A stretch of DNA of 64,000 nucleotides from the human T2T-CHM13v2.0 reference genome, Homo sapiens, in NCBI RefSeq assembly GCF_009914755.1, contig NC_060926.1. The stretch is one strand, 5' to 3'. This document shows, piece after piece, positions 1 through 13,214 of the stretch. The stretch's first letter is position 1. Each line of letters begins with the position of its first letter. The translations under genes were made by a program, and so were the position numbers. Under the pieces are notes generated by a model. The model was not told the DNA's origin and ran no database searches. It worked only from the letters and a program-made list of their open reading frames with translations.

Positions 1-283
1 GGTAAAAATCTGAAATGGTGGAATTTCATACGACCAGGAGACATATTTTGGGGCAAGTGGGCTTTTCACAATCACTTGGACATGAAGGCATCTGCTTCTT
101 CTATGCCTAAAATATTCCTTCAATTTAGTAGTTTAATTCCTCTTCCTCTTTTTCAGATTTCAAGACAATACATGTACTGACTGAACAATTTGGATCCAAG
201 TTTCACTGTTTAACTGCCAGTGTGACCTTGGGCGAGTCACTTAATCTTTTCAAGGCTCAATTTCATCATGTAAAGTGGAAGTA

Positions 284-634
284 CAAACAATCCCTGACTT
301 ACAATATTTTGACTTATGATTTTTCAACTTTAAGATAGTTTGAAAGCAATACACATTCAGCAGAAGCTGTACTTTGAGTACCCATACAACCATTCTGTTT
401 TCCACTTTCAGTACAGTATTCATTATATTACATGAGATATTCAAAGCCCACTTTATTATAAAATGGGCTTTCTGTTAGATGATTTTGCCTAACTGTAGGT
501 TAATGTGAGTGTTTAAGGTAGGCCGAGCTAAGCTATGATGTTTAGTAGGTTAAGTGTATTAAATGCATTTTCAGCTTACAATATTTTCATAAGTTTATTG
601 GAATATAACCCCATTGTAAATTGAGGGGTATTTG
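284..634 (-). mobile_element. MER47A-like TcMar-Tigger non-autonomous DNA element inserted in a MIR
   Basis: Resembles recalled MER47A consensus in reverse; TA on both sides (282-283, 635-636); MIR-like sequence (gtgtgaccttgggcgagtcacttaatct) flanks it. Confidence 0.7.
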
Positions 635-3600
635 TAGTAATGATATCTCTTCAAGGAGACTTTGTGAGCCTCTCATAGGAAAATGCATACACAGATGCAT
701 ATAAATATATAATCTTTCTTTTCCATACATATGATATTCTTTAAGGATATTCAAAAATCTGGAAACAGTTGCCTCCAGGGAGATAAATGGTAGTGGGTTG
801 GGAAACTTTTAACTGTATACGCTTTTGTACCTTTTGCATTTTGAATCAGATGAATGTATAATCTACATAAAATATTAAGATTAAAACATCACTGAATAAC
901 TTATCAGGAGTTTGGTGAACATAAGGGAAGGCCACCTATGGTGGCTGTATTTTATTCAGTGTTGGTCACTGTTGGGCACTTCATAGAGCTTATTTCATTT
1001 CATCCTCACAAGCGCCGTAGGAGGAAGGGGCCCCAGAGGGATTCATGGTTAGAATAGCAGAGTAGGAGCATTTGGCAGCTATATTCTGTGTAGGTGATAA
1101 CTTAAAAGATATTTTTGTTATAAAATGTTTCAAACATACAAAAAATATAGAGAAGCAGTTTTCTATAGTTATTAAATATTCTTAAAATATTCTTAATGGG
1201 TAGTCATAGAAATTATCATCCAAAGTGGGATATTCTTGAGAGAAAAAGGAGGTTCTATTTATAATTATGGTGGGATAACAAACTTAAGATGAACAGCTCT
1301 AGACAAACTGGGTTGTATGGTCCCTGGAAAACAAGGATTACTGTAAATGTGAGTCCCGCCTTGTGCTTCTCTCTGTCCCACCAAGAAAATATGATCTTGA
1401 TACAGATGTTCATTGTGTCAAGGCAACCATGGCAACCATGATCTAGATACACTGTTCAAGTTTTATGCTGATCCTACCTATATATGTCTCAGGAGCTTTC
1501 CAGAGTTTCCTTTGAGTGCTTCTAAATTTTGCATAAATGGTATGTTGTCCCTTGTCTCTTTTTAAAACCAGTAAGCCATTTTCCCTTATTTTCTTGGAAA
1601 ATTAAAGGAACAAGGACCAGGAAATAACAATGTATTAGCTAAGGTTCTGTTGATTGAAAGCAACAGAACCTAATTCTGGCTAGCTTAAACCATGCTAGGA
1701 TTTAATGAAGAATACTGCAGAATCTTAGATATCTTATGACTGGGAAAGAGGAGGTTCAGGCAGTTCCTGAGATGTCAGCAACAGGTAGCTGTCAATTAAC
1801 TGCCCCCACACCACCCACTGCTGCCGTCATCAATATAGCACACCACAATGGCTCCCAGCCTCTGTACGTCTGGGTTCCGGTGTTCAAATTCTAGAGACAG
1901 CAAGAGAAATCCCATTGAGTCAGGGATCCTTCCCTGGGTCACCCTCCCTGCCTACGGTCAGAAATGCAGGATTATGTAGTAAAGACACAGCTAAAGAGGA
2001 CCCACTTCACTGTATTGGGACCATTTGCAGGGGAGGCAAAATTGTGAGCTACGCACTTAAAGAGGTGATAACCATAAGTTTGCAGGAAAAAAAAAATTGG
2101 AGAAGAGAAGGATAACACTATCCTACGGTTTCTTCTGAAAATGGACGAAGGGAACAGCATTTCCATTTGGAAATTCTCTCCTGGCATTTCAATATTTATG
2201 GATTCTGAATTCTGAGAAAAATCAGTTGAGAAATTAGGAAAATGGGAAGGAACATTCTAATTTTCCTGTGAGAATTACAGCTTAATAGTCAGTATAGAGA
2301 ACTTACTGGCTTGAAGAAATGCACTGACTTCAAGTCAGGCAAGATGAGGAAGCGCTGACATGTGGAGATGAAAGTTAAGGTGAACAGGACAGGAGCAGTA
2401 ATGGAGCCTCAGTCAGACTTTCTTGTATCTGTTGCTGTGTTATAAGTGTGTGTTCATGGCCTTGTCCACTGCTAACAGTGAACCATTTCTGCAAATAAAT
2501 ATTAATGTGTTCATAGGCATAGTATATGTTTTACAAATCCTATGAGAGGTGTTCTAAGAAATGCCAAGTTTTAGAAACAAAATATGCCCTTAAATCGGCA
2601 ATTTTGACAGTTGCTTCTTTCTAGTGCTATTCATCTTGCCAGGAGATCAGAATGTTATGTTATTTAAATGGTATTGGAGGGGATGATTGATGCCTTGTTT
2701 AACAATGTCATGTAAACAATGATTAAAGCATTAAGTATTTGTGGTGTTACCTTTCAATCTTTAAAGGACTTTTCTTTAGCATTTATTTTGTGATAATATT
2801 CATTTCTTTTTAATGTTTTCTCTATTAATGCTATTGGATTTTATAATCTTGTTACAATATGTTGGCTCATAATAATAAATCATCATTTGTTATCATATCT
2901 TTTTAAAACAGAAGACTACTAAAACTTTTCATATAATCCTGTTACAGAAAAAAACGACTATTTGCTTGTTATTATAGTCACTTATTATTTTTCAAAAACT
3001 TGTAAGTGAAGTGTTATGAAAATCATATGAATTTGGGAGTTCCCAAGCATTCTCAGAAATTCTATTTCCTTGTTCCCAAATCCCAATGATTAATATCTGC
3101 CAGGAGTCGGAAAACAGTGAAAGGAAGTAACATCCTATGTTGGATACCTGGTAGGGTTAGTGAAGAAACGTTATTGCTGAGCTCTGTGTTACGCTCACGA
3201 ATGATGCCATTGAGGAAGTCACACTTGTTGAAAGGAACGCAGATACACAAAGAGTTTTGCTGCTGTCTGTTGGATAAGAACCCCCTGGTCGATTTCAGCT
3301 CCTACTGCAAGTTAGAAAAATCAATCCAATGATAAATGAAAAGTGACCAGTGTGCTGGGAAATAACTTATTTTTTGGCTTCAGAGGAAATTTTAGAAACA
3401 GTGCCAAGTGAAACGTAAAAACAAACTATGAAGACGTTCATGAATTTCCCTCTGAAGCTGACAGCCGTATTTTAGCAGATGGAACTCCTACTATTAGCCC
3501 AACTCTTGGGTTGAAACAGTGTGTCCAGGAAACCCTATGTTAAAATGCAATGTGTTGGGGATATTGTTCCTCTATTTGCTTGAGTTAATTTTCAAATTAG

Positions 3601-4464
3601 TGTACTCTTGCTTAGCTGTGCTCTGAGGGAATGAACAAAAGATTGGTAAACTCTGATGGAGAACACTGGTCAGGCAGGGCACATAGAATCCCTGGGGATG
3701 GTGGTTCCTGACAAATGGGGGAGGAGGACCTGAGCCAGGCTTGGGCTGGGCTGGAGGAACATGAAGATGGGATCTACTCACAACCCCCAGAACTGAGGGG
3801 TCCTGATAACACATTATTTCACCCTCAGCCATGCAAATTCATTATTTTTATGGATAAAATAGCTTTAAAAAACTAATTTACATTGAAATGTTAAAATATT
3901 TATATAGAGATTATTGGGAATCCCCTCCTAAAGCCCAAACATAAAAACTACCAAAAAAAAAAAAATTCCGTGTCGGCTAAGATTGCAAATGACTGATGGA
4001 ATGTAATTTAAATTAAACATGGAAAATATATTTCCTCTTTAATAAAGATCTAAATTCTATTCTTTTTAGGAGCCTTCAGAAATGAAATTCAACTATTAAA
4101 AAAAGTATAGAGAAGCCTTTAGAAAAGAAACTTTTCTTTTGCTGTATTATATAATAAAGAACTTTGATGAGAATAGTTCTAAAGTGTTTAATAATCGATC
4201 ACACTGATGTTTCTAGGTATTGTGGGGAACACCTAGAAATTAAATCTTCATCTTTGGCAGATCAGAGGCCTATTATTTTTAGGTAAAACAATTAAAATCT
4301 GCTTTTAATAAATCACAAATTTTGCAAGTTAGCCATTAATAGTAAGTGCTTTTCAAAGTTGGGCCCAATACATGAAAAAGCCAGAAAAACATACCTGCAT
4401 TAGTTTTGCCCATCACCTTCTTATGCTGGCCTCAGGAGATTTATTAACAGCATTCAATATTTTA

Positions 4465-4604
<140 letters not shown>

Positions 4605-6673
4605 TTTAGGTATCCTGTGGCTACCTCCAAAAACAAACTCCAGAGGAACTGAATTTTTTTTTTATTTCATGTGTTGGGATAATGGCTTCTTTTGCAGTTA
4701 CTTACGAAGAATTTAAGGGTCAGTAAAAATATTTTTTCATCCTTAATAACATGAATTCTCTAATTTGTATGTGATATAATGCTAGATATTGTGCCAAAAG
4801 TGTTACATAGACATAATCCGTGCCCATTTTCAAAGATAATACTAATATAGAGAATAAGAATCATTATTATTGTAGTAATTATTATTTTAGTAATAGTAGT
4901 AATAATCAAAACAATTACATCAAACACTTATTAAACCCTTATTATGTGACAGGTACTGTTTAAGCAATTTCCACATATTAGCTCCTTAAATGTGATCACT
5001 AACTCCATGAGGTAGGTAGCATTATGTCCATTTTATAGATGCAGAAACTGAGCTTTGAAGAGGGAAAGCAACTTGCCCAAGGCCATGCAGGCAGTCATTG
5101 ATAAGGGTGGGAAGCGAGAAGTTGAAGTCTGAGATGTAAGTTCACAGACACGAGTACGCAAACACGTACAAGATACTCGTATGACATGTGGGGTTGCTTG
5201 AAATATGTAATTGACTTTCCCCAGCACAAGAAAGTGTTTGGACAGATTTCAAAGGGATCTAACACTTCCTTAGAGGACTGCCCTACGACATTTTTCCGTG
5301 TGCTTTTCTGCCTCTTGTCCTATACTTTTGGCATTTCTTCTGCTCTTAGAGGCAATGAGTCAACAGCATATTTTTAGCACCTCCTGTGTGCATAGAAGTG
5401 GCCCCTGACTCAATGGGAGTGTATAACTACCATGGGCCAAATCAGCGTGCTTTCCTGTCAGCCAGGGGATTATAGAAGAACACGCTCCCCTGATTCCAAC
5501 AGAACTTGCTGCCACTCTGATGTCTTCATTGTAAGGCCTCTAAATGAATGTTCCAGAAATTCATGTTAAAGGCACGTGTCATATGTGTAACTTGTAAACA
5601 TTTGTGTACTTGTCTCTGTGTCCTTACACCTCAGGCTTCAACTCTTGTTTTTACCATTATCAATGACTACCTGTGTGCTGTGTGGCTTTGGACCAATTGC
5701 TCACCCCCTCTAAAGCTCAGTTTCTGCATCTGTAAAATGGATATAATGCCATATATACATAGATATAGATATACATACACAAATATATATATACACATAT
5801 ATATGTGTGTATATACATATATATATAATATACAAACTGAAATATATAGTTAAATAAATATTTCAGTTTAAGTTTCAAAAATCACTGGAGGGTATTTTTA
5901 TAATACCCTTCGGCAATTTTACCTGCTGCCTTTGCACATTCTGGTGAATTTCTAAATGGAAGTCTGATAGAGATTAATCTTTTAATGCATCATAAATAAA
6001 AAAATCACAGAATGATGTAGCTGGAGAGGACCCTGGGGATCTAAAGTGTTTCATGAAAGATTAATGTCCTTGATCTGTTTGTAAGTGTTTTGGAAAAATC
6101 TTCCATGGTCAAATAAAACTTGGCAATGTTGGATTAAAGTTAAATAGGTTTTTTTTCCTGCAGAACTTCATAGTCTTTAATATGCTAATGTGTTTTGTGA
6201 ATCTACAAGGAATGAAGTGTTTCAATACTTATTTTACCCAGATTCTCATTTTGGGACAGGCTGGTCAAGCTGAGTCAGCTAGTATATTCTCTAGATGGAG
6301 ATGATGGCTGATGCCTTTTTGAGAGCAAGAGAGTCCCCAGGGGAAGCAAGGGTATATCAGTTGCTCCTATTTCATGCCAAGGATCCTCAGTCTTTAGAGG
6401 CTCAGAGAAGGCTGAAAGGCTACTCTAGGCTATCAGGGCTACCATTCATTGTGACCCATGCTACAGAGAAGCTTTGAGCTCAGTGCAAAGGAGTGACCAG
6501 CCCTTGAGAATCAGGAAAATTTATTTATTCCTGACCTAGTCCACTGAGGACATACAAGGAATGGGGCAGGGGAGGGTCACCAGCTATGGTTACAAGCTAG
6601 TCTGATTCTCTTTCATTAAGAAAACTGGTCCCTGTGAGTTTAGATTGGGAAGCACCAGGTTAAAAAATTTTTA

Positions 6674-6747
6674 GGCCAGGAGTGGTGGCCACTGTACTCC
6701 AGCCTGGGTGACCGAGTGAGAATCTGTCTTAAAAAAAAAAAAAAAAA
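6674..6747 (+). mobile_element. Internally deleted Alu fragment
   Basis: Alu 5' start ggccaggagtggtggc joined directly to the 3' end cactgtactccagcctgggtgac and poly(A). Confidence 0.7.
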
Positions 6748-8171
6748 GTTAAGTGATGTCTTCTGTTGAGGACCTCTCAGAACTTTTAATATGAAAGTGT
6801 GCATTGTGAAGAATGGGAGTAGAGTGTACAGGAGTTTTAAAAGCTACTTGGTCATGAAACTCTTGCTTTGTGCAGGATTCGAGGGGCACTAACATTCTGA
6901 GGAAAATATTTTGGGAAACATTGATCTAATCCAAACTTCTCATTTTACCAGCAAACAACTGTGGGGCCCTCTAAGTTTCCTTTCTCCATCATTGTGACAA
7001 ATTCATTGGAATTAATTCAATTAAACCTGGGGTCAGCTTTGAAGAGATTTATTTAGCAGGTAAATCTGTTTTGTACATTTTGAGGGAGTTCTGAGTTTCC
7101 ATAGTCAAAAACCACAGATCAATTTAACCAACCTTTATGGAATATCACCTATGGCCCAAAGACCCTTTAGCTACAGTGATGGTCTACGAAAATATAAACT
7201 GTAATTCTTGCAATACAGGAGATTAGTAATAATGGTAAATATAATGATGATGACACCATGAATAGCTAACATTTATTGAATGCCTTTCTATTAGTCAGGC
7301 ACTTTACTAAGTATTTTAATCCTCCCAACAATTTATGAGGTAGGGATTATAATAATTCCCATCTTATAGTGAGGACACTGAGGTTAGGAAATTATCCTAG
7401 CCTAAATGTTAAGTATAAGCATGAATAGAAAGGTGTTATCAGCCTATAAGACATTCCTTTATGAGTGATACAAAGTCCTATATAAATTCAGAGAAAAGAA
7501 AAGTGGTTTTAGAAATCCTTGATCAGTGAGTGTGAAGCACGTGGTGGCCCGGTTACTGTTTGGTTGCCCATCTGTCCTCCCTCTGGGGATCAGCACCCCC
7601 TTACTTTGGAAGAATTGTTTTCCTTTTCACTGTAAGGTTCTTTCTGGCTATGCGGTGGGGCACATTGCCTCAAACTAGCCCTGTTCCAGTCTTTGAGAAC
7701 CTTGAAATTGGAACCAAGGGAAGAGGATTGCCTCTTGAATAGTAATTCTCTAAAATCTAGTCTGAGGTGCTGGTGCCTAATCCCTGGGTCTGTGGAAGGA
7801 GCTGGGCTGTGAGAGGGGAGAATGATGTTGATGTCAAGAGAGAGGCAGGTGCTAGGAGCAGAGAGATGGAGGCCTGGAGGGTTTCTGGGCTTCTCTGAGG
7901 CTTAGGGTTTGGATCATTGTCTTCGTTACTGGAACAAAGGATTTACCATACCTGCTCTTCTGGGAATGAAACTGTCCTGCTTTGCAAAATGAAGTGTCAT
8001 TAGAAAGAGATCTTAAAAACCCCACACCATAGACAGGTGCACAGATCCCTAGAAGTGTTAAAGTTCTGTCTGTTGGATGCTAAGCCAAGACTCTTAAGTA
8101 TGTTCTAAAGAGAAACTGGTGTGTGTAGGCTGTGCACTCCCAGGGAGATAAAAAGTTAGGAACTTTATGGG

Positions 8172-8409
8172 TTGGGCTTGGTGGCTCACACCTGCAATCC
8201 CAGCACTGTGGGAGGCTAAAGTGGGCAGATTGATTGAGCTGAGGAGTTCGAGACCAGCCTAGGCAACATGGTGAAACCCCATGTCTACAAAAACTACAAA
8301 AATTAGCTGGGCGTGGTGGCATGTACCTGTAGGCGGGAGGATCGCTTGAGCCCAAGAGGGAGAGGGTGCAGTGAGCCATGATTGTGCCACTGCACTCCAC
8401 CTGGGTGAC
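8172..8409 (+). mobile_element. AluJ-like element lacking its A tail
   Basis: Two-arm Alu ending at ctgggtgac; 14-bp direct repeat aggaactttatggg at 8158-8171 and 8410-8423. Confidence 0.85.
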
Positions 8410-8514
8410 AGGAACTTTATGGGGAATGGGATCTTGGAGACTGAGTAGAGACTAGAGGAAAAAAAAAAAAAAAAAAAACTACCTCCCCGACTGGCCACAC
8501 TATTCTATTTAAAA

Positions 8515-8815
8515 AATGTTAATTGACAAATTAAAATTGTATGTATTTACGGAGGTATAATGTGATATTATGATATATGTATACATTGTGGAATAATTAA
8601 ATCCAGAGAATTAATAGATTCATCACCTCAAAACCTATCTTTTTTGTGGTGAGAACATTTGAAATTTATTGTCTTAGCAATTTGGAAATACACAATACTT
8701 CATTGTTAACTACAGTCACCATGCTGTGCTGTAGATCTCAACAAAATATATTCTTCCTGTCTCAACTAAAACATTGTACTCTTTGACAACATTTCCCCAT
8801 TCCTCTCACCCCCTC
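8515..8815 (-). mobile_element. L1M (L1MA-like) 3' end fragment
   Basis: gtggtgagaacatttgaaattt...ttaactacagtcaccatgctgtg, typical reverse L1M 3' UTR. Confidence 0.7.
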
Positions 8816-9860
8816 CAAAAACACCCATTCTTTATGTTGAAGAGAATGGCTAAAAAGTCCCAGCAGGTTTCAACTGACGGCTTCAGTGGTTGTCCCATCA
8901 CACTTCAATGTTATTAATAAAAAGGGGAGGGGCAATACATAATTCGGACAGGCTGAAAGTACCATTGTAACCACTTTCTTGACTTCACAGAAAAAGTCCT
9001 CTTGTTTTCATCTGTAAAATGGGAACTGCGTGAATACCATTCTTCTTTTCTTCAGCCTCCAAAGGAAAAACAGATGCAAAGCCTTTTATCAATTGCAAAA
9101 CAGTATACAATGTGTGTTATTACTCACAGTTGTCTTACTGTGACCAAACACTTTATAAGCCTGTGGCAAGTCAGCCTTACTCTCAGGAAGTGGACAATAT
9201 TTGGGGAAGGAGAAGCAGCAGGATATTTCAGGACAGTAGCCTTGGTGGGTCCAAAAATTCCTTGAGAGAAATGGGAGATAGAACTTTCTTCCTGCTTTGG
9301 GTTTTATCCTGTTAGTCTTTTCTCTCTTCACTCCTATTTTCTATGGAGAATTTCCTGGTTTTGGAGTTTGGGTGCGTTTTATGGAGAGGAGGCAGAAAAT
9401 CTTTAGCTCCAGCAGAATGAAAGGGTACATGCAAAGAAACCTAGCACAGTATCTGGTACCCAGTTCTCCTTTAACTTGGCTTTATTCATTCACTCCTGGT
9501 AGGGCATTAATAAGGGATTTAGCCCCCTCCTACTGAAAACGATTAATTCAGGGAAGAGTTCAGACAGTGTGGACAGATACAGTGTAGGCCAAGCCTGTTT
9601 CTAAGGCAGGAGCTGGGTAGGGAGGGTGAGAAGGGCGAGAAGAATAGGGAAATATGTGTCGTCTGTGTTGCTGCTGTTGCAACCACCACAACAAACAAAT
9701 AAGTGAAAAAAAAAAAAAAAAAAAGAATTGTCCATACCGGAAAGTGTGCTGTTTTGGAGGAGGCTGGGGCAAGTGTGGATGGCTCGAGTGGGTCCTGTTG
9801 GATTGAAGTCTGACAGTGGTGATTCCCTTCAACAAATGGTCGGGGTGGGAGGGTACACAG

Positions 9861-9884
9861 ACACACACACACACACACACACAC
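9861..9884. repeat. (CA)n microsatellite
   Basis: Direct read. Confidence 0.95.
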
Positions 9885-9889
9885 CCCAC

Positions 9890-11110
9890 ACGCAGCGCCC
9901 GGCCTCCGATTTCAGCGCTGGCAGGAGATAACCATTCTTAGCTCGCCTTTCCAGGGTTGTTTTTGGCTGAGGCTGTTCGCTGATGGCAAAAGGTTTCAGC
10001 CCCCTCGCAAATCCCTCCCAGTCCTTGTTCTAAAGAGAAACTGGTGCGTGTAGGCTGCGCACTCCCAGGGAGACAGGGGACGGGCCTGGCGCCGGAGAGG
10101 AGCCCGCACTCTGCCCGAAGTCTCGCCGCCCGCCGGCTGTTTTCTGGCGGAGGGTGCGCCCCGGAGGGCGGCGAGCGCGGGTGGAGGCTGCGGCCAGGCG
10201 CGGGTGGAGGCGTCGCCGGGGTCGGGCTAGCAGGCTCTGGGATCGGGCTTGTGGGACACCCCGAAAGTGAGTCCAACTTGGGGAGAAACTGAGGGCAGCT
10301 CGGGCGGTCTGGCAGCGGAGAAGGTGGGCGGGAGAAAACTTGGCAGCGAGGCAGAAGCGATCCCTGCCGAGGGAGTCAGCGAGCGGCCGCGCGGAGAGGA
10401 GGGGCGGGCGGTCCCCAGGCGGGCGGGTGCAGGGCGCGGGGCGCCGACCTGCTGGAGAGGGGCCCGGGCGCGAGGCGGAGTCCCGGCGCGCAGCCAGGCT
10501 GGCGGAGGCCCCCGGCCGGCTGCAGATTCCCTCCGGCCCCGGGAGCCGCAGCAGGACCGGCCGGGAGGCGCCGCGGAGGGGAGTCCCATCCCGGTGCGGA
10601 CAGTGCCCACCGCGCCCCGCGAGGACCGGCGACCCACCGGCCTCTTCCAGGGCCAGCGCAGCTACCCGCCCAACTTCATCCGGAGCGCGCTGTCGTCCGT
10701 CGACCTGCGCGACCGTCAGGGCCGCACCACGGGGGTGGGCAGCGACGGCAGGTACTTCGGCAGGACGGCCGTCGAGGTCGGGGGGCCGATGGCCGCGGCC
10801 AACGGGGCGAGTGTCCGGATGCCCCTCGCTTCCCGCCGCGCCGCCGCCGCGCCCTCTCCTGGCCCTTGTCCGCCTGCTGCCTCCGGGCCCAGCTGGGAGG
10901 CCCCTGCCCGGCTTTGCTCCCTCACTCCCGCGTCCTCACCCTCCAGCGCCCCACTCCCGCCGCGCTCGCAGCCTCCCCGGCGCACCCCGGACACTGAGTT
11001 CTATTAGTACCCACCGCCCCCAAAAGCCCTGAGGGGTTTCCGTCGTTCCTGGAGCCACTCCGGGCGCCCTGGACTCTTCTCCGACTCTGCGCACATCCCG
11101 CACCTGCTCA
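9890..11110. promoter_or_regulatory. CpG island / promoter of the duplicated PGM5 5' end
   Basis: Very high GC and CpG density, GC boxes (gggcgg), contains PGM5-like exon 1. Confidence 0.9.
10573..10806 (+). pseudogene. PGM5P4: PGM5-derived exon 1 coding part
   Basis: Translates AEGSPIPVRTVPTAPREDRRPTGLFQGQRSYPPNFIRSALSSVDLRDRQGRTTGVGSDGRYFGRTAVEVGGPMAAANG, includes the PGM GxDGRY motif; followed by gcgagt. Confidence 0.9.
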
Positions 11111-11323
11111 TTTTTCTTTCGGACATTCTCTTACCCGGCCCTGTAGATTCCAAGGCGGCTCCCAGTTTTCCATATTGTTCCCAACGCGTTCACTGCCCAC
11201 AGTCCCCACACAAACTTCTTTCGCAGGCTCACAACATAGTCCCTCTGCCCCGTGCCCTTTTTGCAATAGTCTGCCAGTCCCCTAAGTCTTAGCTCTGCCT
11301 ATTTAACAGTAGTGGTGTCTCAG

Positions 11324-11324
<1 letters not shown>

Positions 11325-11354
<30 letters not shown>
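11325..11354. repeat. (CA)n microsatellite
   Basis: Direct read. Confidence 0.95.
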
Positions 11355-11356
<2 letters not shown>

Positions 11357-13214
11357 TCCCTGACATATTTGGCAAGAGTAGGCCCTGAAGGTTTTTAATA
11401 TTTTGGTTCTTTAACCCAGTGGAATTACTGAATGATTTATTTAATTAGGGTGGGGATGGAGTGGATCCATTTGTTTGATGCTAAACAGCCTGAGCTCGCA
11501 GTTCCCAGGGGGCATATCTCTAAATGGTCTGAAATGAGATTTGCAGTGGTTTTCTTAATGCAATTCCCAACTTCTCTCCAAATGCCTTTTGACATTTGGC
11601 AACATTTCATGCCTCTTCCCCTTTCGGTTTTCATCCTTGTTTTCTCTCCCTTCTCCCACGACCTCGGTAGTCTTCTGCAATCCAGATTCTCAGACTTCAG
11701 GTTTTTCTCCCTCTGCCCCTTTCCTCTCTGTCCTGTAACTAGAAGCACCTTTTGGCATAGACCCATATCCCAGTTTCCTCTTTCCCAGGTCCAGCAGCAT
11801 CTCAAGGACATCTACAAGAGGGATACCTAATTTCAGGGGTCTCTGAATTATATGTGGGAAACATCGTCTAAAAAAGTAATTTTATCCTTATTCATGCAAC
11901 CAGACCCACACTCATAGAACTTTTCTTTAAGGGGAGTGTCTTGCAGATGTATAAATGAGTGTTAACATCTTTAAAAGCGAAACTGAACAATTCTCTGGCA
12001 TTTGAATTCCCTCCTTCCTTCCCAACCCTCTCCTTTTCATTTTCTCATTTATTATTAAAAACACTTTTAAAGGATCTCCATGCTTCATATTTATCTACTA
12101 TAATTCCTCCTTCTCGGTGTTGCAGGGATGGGGAAAGAGGATTTTTTAAAAACACAATAAAAAGCAATTGGGAGAAACAGGGCCAGTGGTGTTGGGGTGG
12201 GTAGTGGAATTGTGATTTTTGACTCCAGTAGACAATGATGCTGCATATATGGGGTTTGATTTCTCTCTGGCTCCTCAGTTGGGATTGATGAAGTTTGGCT
12301 AGAATCAGGGAGTTGAAGAGAGGTTGACAAATGGTCTTTCACTCTTCTCTGACAGGCTGTTCCTGTGGAGTGATGGAGAATAATGAGCCTTGGGAAAGCT
12401 ATGGGAGCTCTCATACTCCTTCCCGAGCCAATTTTTTAGGGAGTGAGAGAAACAGGGCCTGTCCAATACTTGTTGTGGGTCAGGATATTTTTGAAGCTAC
12501 GGTTGTTGATTTGCATGGGAAAATTATTATGTCTTATTATTTCTTGTCCCACTTTACCATAAGGGCTCCTCAGCTTCTTACTTCAATGGGTCTTCCATGA
12601 CAAACACACTTTATTAACTCTAAGAGTGGAATTTATTTTAACAGATAATTAGCATAGGTCAATATATGCTTAAAATAGAGTCAAATTAAACCTACTAGCT
12701 GTTATAAAGGACAGATGACAAATTAAAATCCACATAGAAGCATCGACTCTTAAATAATCTGAAAGTACTACTTCTAAGAGGGGTGGGCATGGGTGAAGGG
12801 AATGGTGGACATGTTTCAGAATTTCAAACAGCCAACTTTAACCAATCTTTTCCTCATTTTGTTCACCTTCTTGGGGGCTTATGCTAAAGTGAAGTGAATA
12901 GCCATAAGGCTTCAGGAGAAAGGTGGTCGAAAAGAACTGGATAATTATAAGCAAAATTGGTCTCGAATGATTGAAAATTGATGAGAATGTGCTTGTCTCC
13001 TGATTTGGCATCCTGAGTTAGACTCAGGAATACTGAACTTGGATCCCAAAGGCTTTGGTCTTTTTTGATATCCTATTGGATAATCATAAGCAGGCTAGAA
13101 AAATAGGAAACTAGAATTTATTCTCTTTGAACTGACAAATCTGACCAGTGGGCTGCATTCTCTATATCTGAAAAATCTTGGTTTTGATTGAAAAAGTTAA
13201 TTTTACAAAGCAAT

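Noticed and set aside
5750-5830. TA/CA-rich tract within a 101-aa ORF
   Set aside because: Degenerate (TA)n low-complexity sequence next to a MIR
10249-11032. 252-aa and 230-aa ORFs as novel genes
   Set aside because: Non-ATG starts in stop-poor CpG-island DNA; only the PGM5 exon part shows homology
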